Below, piece after piece: positions 19,331-28,832 of a stretch of DNA of 64,000 bases (the stretch's first letter is position 1; every line of letters starts with the position of its first letter). Below the pieces are notes generated by a model that saw only the letters and a list, made by a program, of their open reading frames with translations, made no database searches and was not told the origin of the DNA. Source of the stretch: Anaerohalosphaeraceae bacterium (GTDB taxonomy: Bacteria > Planctomycetota > Phycisphaerae > Sedimentisphaerales > Anaerohalosphaeraceae); NCBI GenBank assembly GCA_029973085.1, contig JARKTN010000084.1, forward strand, positions 2,226 to 66,225. Reading direction: 5' to 3'. The translations under genes were made by a program, and so were the position numbers.

Positions 19331-22300
19331 ATGAGAACTGTACGAAAAGCGACGAGTATGTTTTATTTGAAAGAGGTCGTGATCAGCTGGCTGGTCCTGT
19401 ATATGGCCCTGCTGCTTCCGTCCCAGATTGTCATGGCCGCAACTCCGGTCTGCACAGATGCTGGAGGCGCTGCGGTTGTCCAGGGAGCCAATACAACCAC
19501 GATTACAGTAAATCAGCCCGAAACCATTATGAAATGGAGTAATTTCAATACCGCAAGCGGCGAATCAGTTGCCTTTCAGCAAGGCAGTTTATCGAATGCA
19601 GCGGTACTCAACAGGATCTCAGGGAGCGCCACTCAATTTGACGGAGACCTGTCCGGACCTGGAATGCGGATTTTTCTGCTTAATCCCTCGGGTATAGTCT
19701 TTGGTTCCGGATCTTCGGTCAATGTGGGGCAATTGGTTGCCTCCAGTTTGAACATTACAGACAGCGACTTCCTAAACGGCGCACCCTATATGTTTACAGA
19801 CGGAATCAATGCCGGCGATATCGTCAATGAAGGTTCCATCTCAGCGGAACGCATTGCCTTGATCGGCAGGAATATTACCAATCGCGGCATCCTGATGGCG
19901 GACAGATCCGTTGTCCTGGCTGCCGGAAACACCGTCCAGATTAGCGAAACCGGCGGTAAAGTGATTGTGGATATTCCGGTTCCGAATCCTGATTCTCTGG
20001 TAAACAACGAGGGTCTAAACGGCATCTCTGTGGAAGGAACCGATGTGCAGGTCTATCTTGGCGCAGGCGACATCTGGTCTTCGGCTTATATCTATGCAGA
20101 AGGTTGGAGAACGGCCAGCGCTGAACTGTCGGCCGAGAGAGATATTGGGATTACCAATAGCGTTGAGGTCTTTGCCTATGGCGGCGAAGCAGGCGATGCC
20201 ACAGCATCGATTGACGTCTCTGCCGGCGGAAATGTGGTAATCACCGGTATTGGAGAAGAAGCGGGACTGGCTGCCGAAGCCGAATGGGGCGACATCAATA
20301 TCGCTCAGATTACTGTCAACGCCGGAGGCGATGTGTATATCAATGCCGGTTATGAGGGGCAGGCCTATATCTGCTCTGAAGCCTACGACGGCAATATCAA
20401 TAATTCCAGCGTAAAGGTAAATGCCGGCGGCAGTGTCCAGGTTATTGCAGAAGAAGGCGGCGCATATGCGGAACTGGCTGCTTATGCAGAAGATGCCTAC
20501 GGCGGCACACAGAACCCTGCCGGCAATCTGGCCAGCGTTGACATAACGGCCAACAACGTCGAGGTTTGGGCAATTGGAGACAGCGATGCGCGGATCAAGG
20601 CCCGCGCAGCTTATGCCTACTCGTATGATGAAGAGTTCTATGCCGACGGTATTCGGCCTATGCAGGAATTTGAAATAGAGCCGGATGGTTCTTTCAATAC
20701 AGCCAAAGTTGAAATCCATACGTTTAAGACAGAGATGGAAACGCCGGTATTCGATGATTCTTTGCGAATTTATAATCCTGAAGACAGCGGAGGCGGCCAT
20801 GTCGAAGCGTATGCGACCAACGGCGGCAATGCCCAGATTGAAGCGGTCACCTTCGGCAGCGAATATGAATCCTTTCCTGTCAATAATTCCAGCGTCCTGA
20901 TCTGCGCTGAAGGCAAAGTTCTTACGGAAGCGGCCAATTACCAGGAGTACCAGGGATACGAACAAGGTTCCACGGCAAAGATCAGTTCTCTGGCTCACTT
21001 TGGATTTGAAAACAATGCCTCCCTGGGCATCGGAGCCAAACAGGGCATTGATGTGCAGGCATGGAAAGACCAGTCCAATTCGTCGATTTCATCTATCGCG
21101 ATGAGCGGAAATATCAACAATGCCCATCTGGTTGCCTGTACGGCAGGACCCGTATCTGTTCAGGCCTATCAAGACGCAGACGCATCAATTGTTTCCAAGG
21201 CGTATGACGGGCATCGCAATAATGCCTACACCGGCGTCTGTGCCGACAGTTTGGTGGAGGTCGAGGGCGATTATTTTGGCCGCTCCCAGATTGCTTCTTA
21301 TGCCGGCATCAGCGGCTTTGATCTACCTTTACCCGCGGCAGTCAAAAGGGCTATCGATATCGATGAACACCTGACTGCTTCCATCGCCGAAACCGTAGTC
21401 GTCAGCAAAAACAGCGGCGTAGCGGTTATGGCTTCAGACGGAGGAATGGCTGGTATTTCATCAACCGCCGCAAATGCCATCGTCAATGATGCCTATACCG
21501 GCGTCTGCGCCAAAGATCATATCCTTACAACCGCAGGCGCTGAGAATCTGTTTTATGACGGCTACTATGATGATTATCAACCCGCCAATGGATTCGGTGG
21601 TTCCGGCGGAACCGCTTACATCAGTTCGGATGCTCTAAGCAGCCCCTTTTATACGACATTTGCTGCAGCAGAAGAACCGTTGGGCTGGGACTCCAGCTCT
21701 AATGCAAAAACCGATGTGGTTTCTCGTCAAGGAGCCGTGGCTGTGATCGACAGGACCGGCAATGGCTATTATGGAAGCGCCTCCATTTCGTCCTTTGCTT
21801 CCGGCTCTGAAGTTAATACATCCTATACGGGCGTAGCAGCCGGCGCGGATCTGAGTCCTGCCTCTCTTGACGCCGAGATACAATACCCGGACAGAGAGCC
21901 GGCCAGCTTCACAGAGCAAATCGAGTGGAATTACCGTTACGGGCTTCCATTCCATCCCGGAGAAGTTGTAGTTTCTGCGGAGGGCCCATATAGCAGCGCA
22001 GTTATTGAATCGGGCGCCTTTGCCCCCTATTCGATTTTATCCGATGCTCAGACCGTGATTTGCGCCCCCGGTGCAGTCAGCGTCGAAAGTTATGGGGGGG
22101 AAGGAACCAGTTGGGCTGAGATCCGTTCTTATGCATCGAGTTATGAAGGAACCGCCAAATCTGACACTCAGATTTATACCAGCCAGGTTTATCTTTCTAA
22201 AGGCTATTCCGCTGAAAGCGCAATCAGCGCTGAAGCAAATTCAGAGCGGGTTGCTGTTCGACTTGATGAAGAATATACATGGTCTTGGACAGCCGATAGT

Positions 22301-22948
22301 TCTGAACCGATTCTGAGAACTGGCGAAGAGCAGACCACACTGATCATCGACAGCTATGCAAACCGGCAGGATTGTCCGGATTGTCCGCCCTGCCCCGATT
22401 GCCCGTGTCAAGAGCAAGAGGAAGGGATGTTTGCACCGGTCGCACCGCTGGCCAAATTTGAACTGCCCAGGATCGAAGGATGTCCGGTTCTGACACAGGC
22501 AACGGCAAACGAACTGGAGATAGCCGCTGATACGCTCCAGGTTGCCATTGGCAATGCCCTGGCGCTGAATCCGAATATTCAGCCCTGCCAGGCCTGTTCG
22601 AATCTGATTAATGCCGCCGCAATTCTTCAGGATGCCGACGGCAGCCGGATGGCTGCGATGGCTTATGTCTTCAGCCAGATAGCGCCGGCCGATGCCCCGT
22701 TCACACCGGAAATGGGAGCGGTCATTGCCACCGCCTTCTCCCAGAATGCTCAGACAGACGCCCGGTATGCCTCCGCAATGGAATACGTAGACGCTTTTGT
22801 CAGGTACGTCACCGTTGTGGATCGAGACCTGAATGCTCCTGTTGAAGGCGGTGCGGTAGCGCTTGTCATGAATAAATACGGCAGTGCTCTGATAGACAGC
22901 CCAAACAGCAATATCGCCGCTTACATCATGACACAGATTCAGCAATAA
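19331..22948 (+). CDS. TpsA exoprotein with a filamentous-haemagglutinin-type N-terminal TPS domain
   Basis: TIMKWSNFNTASGESVAFQQ...AVLNRISGSATQFDGDL...FLLNPSGIVFGSGSSVNVGQLVASS is a haemagg_act/TPS domain. A degenerate Ala/Gly/Asn-rich beta-helix-like repeat region follows, then a Cys/Pro hinge and an Ala-rich C-terminal domain. Confidence 0.85.
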   Translation: MRTVRKATSMFYLKEVVISWLVLYMALLLPSQIVMAATPVCTDAGGAAVVQGANTTTITVNQPETIMKWSNFNTASGESVAFQQGSLSNAAVLNRISGSATQFDGDLSGPGMRIFLLNPSGIVFGSGSSVNVGQLVASSLNITDSDFLNGAPYMFTDGINAGDIVNEGSISAERIALIGRNITNRGILMADRSVVLAAGNTVQISETGGKVIVDIPVPNPDSLVNNEGLNGISVEGTDVQVYLGAGDIWSSAYIYAEGWRTASAELSAERDIGITNSVEVFAYGGEAGDATASIDVSAGGNVVITGIGEEAGLAAEAEWGDINIAQITVNAGGDVYINAGYEGQAYICSEAYDGNINNSSVKVNAGGSVQVIAEEGGAYAELAAYAEDAYGGTQNPAGNLASVDITANNVEVWAIGDSDARIKARAAYAYSYDEEFYADGIRPMQEFEIEPDGSFNTAKVEIHTFKTEMETPVFDDSLRIYNPEDSGGGHVEAYATNGGNAQIEAVTFGSEYESFPVNNSSVLICAEGKVLTEAANYQEYQGYEQGSTAKISSLAHFGFENNASLGIGAKQGIDVQAWKDQSNSSISSIAMSGNINNAHLVACTAGPVSVQAYQDADASIVSKAYDGHRNNAYTGVCADSLVEVEGDYFGRSQIASYAGISGFDLPLPAAVKRAIDIDEHLTASIAETVVVSKNSGVAVMASDGGMAGISSTAANAIVNDAYTGVCAKDHILTTAGAENLFYDGYYDDYQPANGFGGSGGTAYISSDALSSPFYTTFAAAEEPLGWDSSSNAKTDVVSRQGAVAVIDRTGNGYYGSASISSFASGSEVNTSYTGVAAGADLSPASLDAEIQYPDREPASFTEQIEWNYRYGLPFHPGEVVVSAEGPYSSAVIESGAFAPYSILSDAQTVICAPGAVSVESYGGEGTSWAEIRSYASSYEGTAKSDTQIYTSQVYLSKGYSAESAISAEANSERVAVRLDEEYTWSWTADSSEPILRTGEEQTTLIIDSYANRQDCPDCPPCPDCPCQEQEEGMFAPVAPLAKFELPRIEGCPVLTQATANELEIAADTLQVAIGNALALNPNIQPCQACSNLINAAAILQDADGSRMAAMAYVFSQIAPADAPFTPEMGAVIATAFSQNAQTDARYASAMEYVDAFVRYVTVVDRDLNAPVEGGAVALVMNKYGSALIDSPNSNIAAYIMTQIQQ

Positions 22949-22965
22949 GTATTTAGCAGTTAAAT

Positions 22966-23003
22966 AAAAAAGCCCTCAAGGAACTTCTTTGAGGGCTTTT
23001 TTT
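22966..23003. terminator. Bidirectional rho-independent terminator between convergent tpsA and the TPR gene
   Basis: A 9-bp stem pairs AGCCCTCAA (22971-22979) with TTGAGGGCT (22989-22997). An A-run precedes it and a T-run follows. Confidence 0.65.
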
Positions 23004-23029
23004 ATATCTGGGTCAGATTTACTGTAAGA

Positions 23030-23980
23030 TCACCCGGCTGGGGCATCAGGTAAAGTTTGTGCGGTCACAGCCACCAGCGTTTCCGTTCGGCGAATCTGAT
23101 CTATCTTTACATATAAATTGGCCGCGGCGACCAGATCGCCCGTACAATTGACAGCGGCAACGGCCTTATCAAAATACTGCTGCATCCCCTGCTCATCATG
23201 CCGAACGCGGCAGACCTGTGCTGCAAGCAGATAAGATCCGATCAACTGCTGATGACTTTGACCGAAAATCGTTTCCTGAATCTGAAGAGAATTTTTCAGC
23301 AGTTGGTCTGCCTGTTCGTAACGGCCCGTATTCAGATAGACAGTCGCCAATCCCTTTTGGACCTCAGAATAGTACAAATGTTCGAAGCCAAATTCCAATC
23401 CTACACGGTCCAGCATTTCTGAAAAAATAATTTCGGCCTCTTCATAATATCCCTGCTTGCACAGCAGAGTTGCCTGGTCGATATAAAAAGGCGTCAAAAT
23501 TCGATTCTCAGGCAAATGGTGACTCAAAATAATCGCAAACGCCTGCTCCAGCGTCTCAGTCGCTTTGTCAAAACGCCCCTGCTTGAGATATACCGCCGAC
23601 AGATTTCTGAGCGTATGCGATACGTACGGGTGATCCTGTCCAAGAACTTCTTTTTGGGCTTCCAGCCCCCTCAGGAACATTGCCTCCGATTCTGCCAACC
23701 GTTCCTGATAAGAATACAGGGTAGCTAAATCGATCAGACAGATCGCCTTCTCGTTATCTGCTTCTTGAAGGGTGCCGACCTTTTCCACAGCATCCCGGAT
23801 AAACTGTTCGGCCTTGTCGTACTGTCCATACGCCATATACAAGCGGCCTATGCTACGGCTAACCCGCACACTTTTTAAGGGATCCTGACTGACACGGATA
23901 GATGCCGATGCCTTGTCTGCGACAACCCCTGAAAGATATAAAATCCATATTAAACTGATCAATTTCTTAAAAATCGGCAT
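23030..23980 (-). CDS. Secreted tetratricopeptide-repeat protein
   Basis: Signal peptide MPIFKKLISLIWILYLSGVVADKASA. Repeated 34-42-aa units of the type A..Y...G.Y..A (for example LRNLSAVYLKQGRFDKATETLEQAFAI). Confidence 0.75.
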   Translation of the reverse strand: MPIFKKLISLIWILYLSGVVADKASASIRVSQDPLKSVRVSRSIGRLYMAYGQYDKAEQFIRDAVEKVGTLQEADNEKAICLIDLATLYSYQERLAESEAMFLRGLEAQKEVLGQDHPYVSHTLRNLSAVYLKQGRFDKATETLEQAFAIILSHHLPENRILTPFYIDQATLLCKQGYYEEAEIIFSEMLDRVGLEFGFEHLYYSEVQKGLATVYLNTGRYEQADQLLKNSLQIQETIFGQSHQQLIGSYLLAAQVCRVRHDEQGMQQYFDKAVAAVNCTGDLVAAANLYVKIDQIRRTETLVAVTAQTLPDAPAG

Positions 23981-24338
23981 ATCTTTACAATCCTTGTCTG
24001 TTGTGTATGTTATCCATCCTATCTAAAGTTTAAGAAACATTGCTTAAGACGACAAAATAGGAAGACCTCTTAATCAAAAGATTGGTTTTAAATCCGTTAA
24101 AGGGATAAAAATCCTGCAAGAGTCCGATAATTGTTATAATTATGTTTTTCACTACAATTGATATATTCGATATATCTTAACTGCTATTGTAGACTTTAAT
24201 GATTTGCCGATCCTTCATGACTGCTTGTATAATTTCGTTTTTGATTTGTATTTTTTTGGCTGGATATATACTCTTTGAAGGCAATATCCCTAATCAGGCG
24301 GAGAGTCCTGTGCTATTTAGATTGGAGAAGACACGATA

Positions 24339-24689
24339 ATGCTGATTAAAAATATTCAGGATGTGCCGGCCGTACCGGTCAACATGGAAGGAGCCAGGCA
24401 GGTTCAGGTCCGTGTGATCTTTGGCCCCAAAGACAATGCCCCCACCTTTGCTATGCGGGTTTTTGAACTGGCGCCCGGCGGACATACCCCTTATCACCAG
24501 CACAATTTTGAGCACGAAGTACTGATTCTTGACGGTCAGGTCGCTGTGATAACCGCCAATGGAAGCCAACCTCTGAAGATCCACGATACTCTGCTGGTAC
24601 CGCCGAATGAATCTCATCAGTTTAAAAATCTTTCAGATGCCCAGACAGCCCGTTTTATGTGTCTGGTTCCGATCGCATATCAAAAATAA
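24339..24689 (+). CDS. Cupin domain protein
   Basis: GGHTPYHQHNFEHEVLILDG...ESHQFKN matches the two-motif cupin metal-site pattern (H.H...E, then H). Confidence 0.7.
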   Translation: MLIKNIQDVPAVPVNMEGARQVQVRVIFGPKDNAPTFAMRVFELAPGGHTPYHQHNFEHEVLILDGQVAVITANGSQPLKIHDTLLVPPNESHQFKNLSDAQTARFMCLVPIAYQK

Positions 24690-24758
24690 AAAATCGGCCG
24701 GAGCTGATTTTCAGAATTGTCAAGAAACAATGGAAAGACCTCATAGCAGGAGACGGCA

Positions 24759-25688
24759 GTGAATAAAAAGATTACAATAGTTGGGGCCGGAAATGTCGGC
24801 GCCTCGGCAGCGCACATCGCCGCAATGCAAAATATAGGAGATATTGTTTTGCTGGATATCGTCAAAGGACTGGCGGAGGGGAAGGCCCTCGATATCGCCC
24901 AGTCAGCGGGCGTATATCCTTTTTCTGGACGAATCCAGGGTACAACCGACTGGTCAGATACCGCCGACAGCGATATTGTGATTATCACCAGCGGCCTGGC
25001 CCGCAAACCCGGAATGAACCGTGATGACCTGCTGGCAAAAAATACAGAGATCGTAAAATCCGTCACCGAGCAGATCGTCCGGACCAGTCCACGGGCCTTT
25101 CTCATTGTGGTTTGTAATCCACTGGATGCAATGGTTTATGCCGCTGCAGCAGTCAGCAAATTTGAAAAAAACCGTGTGATGGGCATGGCCGGCGCTCTCG
25201 ATTCGGCGCGTTTTGCCGGTTTTATTGCAGACGAACTCGGCGTATCCATCGGAGATGTCCGCGGTGTACTTATGGGCGGTCACGGCGATGACATGGTTCC
25301 CCTGCCGAGATATACCTCTGTGGCGGGCATTCCCCTGACCGAACTGGTGGACCCCGCCACGCTGGCGAAACTGATCGAGCGGACGCGAAAAGGCGGCATT
25401 GAAATTGTAAACCTTTTAAACACAAGCGCTTATTATGCGCCTGCGGCAGGCGCTGTCCGAATGGCTCAGGCGATTTTACGAAATGAAAAAGCTGTGATCA
25501 GCTGCTGCGTCTGGTGCGATAAACAATACCAGGTTGGCGGCAGTTTTGTGGGAGTTCCGGCCGTTCTCGGAGCCGGCGGAGTCGAGAAAATCATCGAATT
25601 GAACCTGACGACCGAAGAACAGAAAGCTTTCGCCCTCTCAGTCGCCCACGTTCGTGAACTGGTCGAAAAAGTCAAAGCGATGCTTTAA
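24759..25688 (+). CDS. mdh: Malate dehydrogenase (LDH-like MDH family)
   Basis: ITIVGAGNVGASAA is a Rossmann motif. GLARKPGMNRDDL carries the substrate Arg context of MDH, and GGHGDDMVPL is also present. Confidence 0.9.
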   Translation: MNKKITIVGAGNVGASAAHIAAMQNIGDIVLLDIVKGLAEGKALDIAQSAGVYPFSGRIQGTTDWSDTADSDIVIITSGLARKPGMNRDDLLAKNTEIVKSVTEQIVRTSPRAFLIVVCNPLDAMVYAAAAVSKFEKNRVMGMAGALDSARFAGFIADELGVSIGDVRGVLMGGHGDDMVPLPRYTSVAGIPLTELVDPATLAKLIERTRKGGIEIVNLLNTSAYYAPAAGAVRMAQAILRNEKAVISCCVWCDKQYQVGGSFVGVPAVLGAGGVEKIIELNLTTEEQKAFALSVAHVRELVEKVKAML

Positions 25689-27684
25689 AATCTGAATCCG
25701 GTTCAGATGACGTCGACAGAAAATCAGGCGTTTGAAATTGACCTGAGCCGCCGGCCAGCTGTTTATTAAACAAACGGATCTGCAAATCAATCGCTCCGAT
25801 GGCCCATTCAATATAGTGCAGTTTATGATGCGGCCGTCGATGGCGTTCCTGCATCAGCCCATCATAGATTGTATCCAGAAAACGCCCTTTGGTGCGTCGA
25901 CTGATCTCTTCCGGATGGTCCGCCCACTCCTTCAGTTCAAGAAATTCATTGCGAAGACGCCGGCTGGCAGCCAGCTGCTCGCTGGTTAGATAATCCCCGG
26001 GATTGATCGACAGTTGGAGTCCCTTCAGCGCCATGATCAGCGGCTCATAATTGGCCCGTGAATCCAGTCGGATAAATTTATACTGCTGCACATGCGACAA
26101 TAAAGAGGGCGCTATCGCCTCATCCGGCCCCTGATCATCCATTCGCCAGCGCCGCTTGCTGGTTTGGGCAAAGATCAATTCCTCTCCAGAGCGGTCGCGT
26201 CGAATCTCATTATGGCTCATCCGTGAAATCCAGAGTTTTCCGTCTTTGAGGATCTGGGTTCCTCCTCCAAGTACAAGCAGGCATTTTACAAAACTGAGCG
26301 GAAGGACGGTCTGCCTGCCAACCTGATAACGCCGCATTTGAAATGAAAGATGCAGACTGTGCGGTTTCACAGGAAAAAAAGCGGCCGTTTCACGGATCAA
26401 CTGGTTGAGTATCCAGGGATCATCCGTGGCGGGTTTGGACAGTTCGCCCAGAATATTCAACCGTCCCGGAGCCAGTTCCAGAAAGCCCCTCTTGCCGGGT
26501 GTGGGTTGGCCAGAATGATCGTCAATATAGCCGCCTAGTTTCCAGCACAGCACATCCAGCCCGAAATCCGAAAAATAACGAAACCCGTCAAACATGGCAT
26601 CCTGCCCGGCTGCATCCTGATGCACGGCGCGGGAGCCGAGATTGCTAAGTTCCATTTCAGCCCCCATCGGCACAAGGCCTGGCTGAAGATTGCGTCGGAT
26701 GCGGCTTATTTCGCTCTGGACAACGCGGGCGTCAAAAATAGTGTCAGCCGCCTGTACGGCGAATTTGACATAATCGATCAGATCGTAAGTCCCTTCTGCA
26801 GGCAGCGTCTCCTGGCACCGCCGAAGAATCAGATCTACCCCTGAACGGTTGGTATTAATCATGCGCAAGGCGATAATAATACTTAAAATTCGAGTATAAT
26901 ATCTGCGGTTCGGGCTAAGCCGATTCAATTCAAAGCGAAACCGGTGATAAAGAATCCATTCAAACTGGTTGAGAAGAACCTGTTTGACTACCAAATTGAT
27001 GTAATTAGCAAAATAGGGTTTTACCGCAGAGTCGCCATAAAGGTGTTTGATGGATGCTATCGGCCGGCTGAGTTCCTGTTCAAGATAATAATCGCTGACC
27101 GCGGAGCGCCCCAGATGCGTAACCACCAGATCCCGTTCCGTAGTCCCCAGCAGTATCCGTCGGGCCCGCCGCTCAATATCGGCGTCCATTGAATCTTCGC
27201 CGGGTCGGGTATGCATCTGGAAGAACCGTTCAATCCTTTTACGAAGCCATAATTCATGGATCAAATTGACATGGAAACGATCGCCGAACTTTTTTTTCAT
27301 CGACCGGGGACTGGCCAAATAGGCATACGCCTCAACCTGTCCGTTGGCGGTATTGACCGACACGACCTCTCGCTCATACAGTTTTCCTTCATAGCGATCT
27401 ATTTCCTGCAGGGCCTCGGCCGGAAGACGGTAGATCACAAAACCCTCGATCTTGACCGCCGGATCCGGAATCGCATAAAAATAAACGTTGTCCGGGCTGA
27501 CCCGACGATAGCCGTGCAGAATCGCCAGTTCGGCAAACAGGGTATGGGCCTGGTTTGCCTGAGAGGGCTTCAGCGTAAAACTCAGCCCGCAGACCGATTC
27601 CAGAATCGACGGCTCACGCAGCGAACCGTACACAAATAAATTAAACTGCTTCTCCTCAGTCGATGTCATTGGGCATACCTTCAA
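25672..27684 (-). CDS. Fusion protein with an N-terminal gamma-glutamylcyclotransferase-like (AIG2/GGACT) domain and a ~520-aa C-terminal region of unknown function
   Basis: FNLFVYGSLREPSILESV ... LQEIDRYEGKLYEREVVSV...VEAYAYL fits the GGACT/AIG2 pattern (YGSL, then D.YEG..Y.R). I recognise no family for the remainder. Confidence 0.6.
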   Translation of the reverse strand: MKVCPMTSTEEKQFNLFVYGSLREPSILESVCGLSFTLKPSQANQAHTLFAELAILHGYRRVSPDNVYFYAIPDPAVKIEGFVIYRLPAEALQEIDRYEGKLYEREVVSVNTANGQVEAYAYLASPRSMKKKFGDRFHVNLIHELWLRKRIERFFQMHTRPGEDSMDADIERRARRILLGTTERDLVVTHLGRSAVSDYYLEQELSRPIASIKHLYGDSAVKPYFANYINLVVKQVLLNQFEWILYHRFRFELNRLSPNRRYYTRILSIIIALRMINTNRSGVDLILRRCQETLPAEGTYDLIDYVKFAVQAADTIFDARVVQSEISRIRRNLQPGLVPMGAEMELSNLGSRAVHQDAAGQDAMFDGFRYFSDFGLDVLCWKLGGYIDDHSGQPTPGKRGFLELAPGRLNILGELSKPATDDPWILNQLIRETAAFFPVKPHSLHLSFQMRRYQVGRQTVLPLSFVKCLLVLGGGTQILKDGKLWISRMSHNEIRRDRSGEELIFAQTSKRRWRMDDQGPDEAIAPSLLSHVQQYKFIRLDSRANYEPLIMALKGLQLSINPGDYLTSEQLAASRRLRNEFLELKEWADHPEEISRRTKGRFLDTIYDGLMQERHRRPHHKLHYIEWAIGAIDLQIRLFNKQLAGGSGQFQTPDFLSTSSEPDSDFKASL

Positions 27685-28832
27685 TGCACAATTCGGTGGA
27701 CATGGGCATGGATCATTGTCAGAATTTCATAACAGATGGTATCGGCCTGCTCAGCCAGGGCATAGGCCCCGCAGGGCGAATCATGCACATCGTCAATGAT
27801 CGTCGCCATCGCTCCCAGTTCTACACCTGGCACATCCGTCAGGTCCACAATCAATTGATCCATACAGACCCGACCGATCACCGGAACAAATCGATCCCCC
27901 ACTTTCATCACTGCACGGTTGGAAAAAGCCCTTCGATACCCATCGGCATACCCAAGAGGAATTACGCCTCCCAGCGTGTCGCGCTGGGCGATAAAGGAAC
28001 GGCCGTATCCGACCGACTGACCAGCAGGAATTTTTTTCAGGTGTGTAATCGGAGCCTGGAGTTTGAGGACGGGCCTCAATTCAGCCGGCGGCTCTTTCAT
28101 TGGTCGGGAATAATATCCGTACAATGAAATGCCGCATCGGACCATCCGATAATGGACCTGCGGCATCTTGATGGCAGCCGCACTGTTGCAGGCATGGATC
28201 AGCAGATCGGGCCGATCCTTGAGCCGATGAGCGTCCAGAAACGCTTCAAACCGTTTCTTTTGCTCATACGCATAACATAAGTCCTCCTCGTCGGCGGTGG
28301 CAAAATGCGTCATGACTCCCACATGCCGCAGCATAGGACAGGATCCGACCTGTTCCAGCAGTCGCCCGGCAGATCCCGGATCCATGCCGCAGCGCCCCAT
28401 ACCGGTCTCTACATTCAAATGAAACCGAAGAATATGATCTGTCCCCTCCAGCGCCTTGCGTGCCCACTCCAGCCCATCCAGAGAAGACAGAACGCAGTCA
28501 AAATCCGCCTTAGCGCACATTCGGATCTGATCAAGCGGCTGGGAGGAGTTGATCGGCTCCAAAATCAAAATGCGCTGTCTTCGGACCAACGGCCGAATAT
28601 GAAGGGCTTCATAAAACGCTGCCACGGCAAAAAAATCAACCGGCCCGTTTTTAAGAATATTGACAACCTCACGAACCCCATGACCATAGGCATTGGCCTT
28701 AACCACCGCACAAAATTTTGTCTCCTCCGGACACAAACTCCGCAATGCAGCCGCGTTCTTCAGCAGACGCTCTGAATACAAATGGGCCTGCAAGTCAGGT
28801 CGGATAAACGATTGGGCGCGATAGACCTTCAT
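27681..28832 (-). CDS. alr: Alanine racemase
   Basis: The PLP-lysine motif AVVKANAYGHG is present. The length and the C-terminal beta-domain (VCMDQLIVDLT) are typical. Confidence 0.9.
   Translation of the reverse strand: MKVYRAQSFIRPDLQAHLYSERLLKNAAALRSLCPEETKFCAVVKANAYGHGVREVVNILKNGPVDFFAVAAFYEALHIRPLVRRQRILILEPINSSQPLDQIRMCAKADFDCVLSSLDGLEWARKALEGTDHILRFHLNVETGMGRCGMDPGSAGRLLEQVGSCPMLRHVGVMTHFATADEEDLCYAYEQKKRFEAFLDAHRLKDRPDLLIHACNSAAAIKMPQVHYRMVRCGISLYGYYSRPMKEPPAELRPVLKLQAPITHLKKIPAGQSVGYGRSFIAQRDTLGGVIPLGYADGYRRAFSNRAVMKVGDRFVPVIGRVCMDQLIVDLTDVPGVELGAMATIIDDVHDSPCGAYALAEQADTICYEILTMIHAHVHRIVH

Noticed and set aside
20015-20998. 327-aa minus-strand ORF inside tpsA
   Set aside because: It lies entirely antisense to the TpsA repeat region. 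It has no start-site signals and no recognisable motifs. Such open antisense frames are expected opposite Ala/Gly-rich coding sequence.
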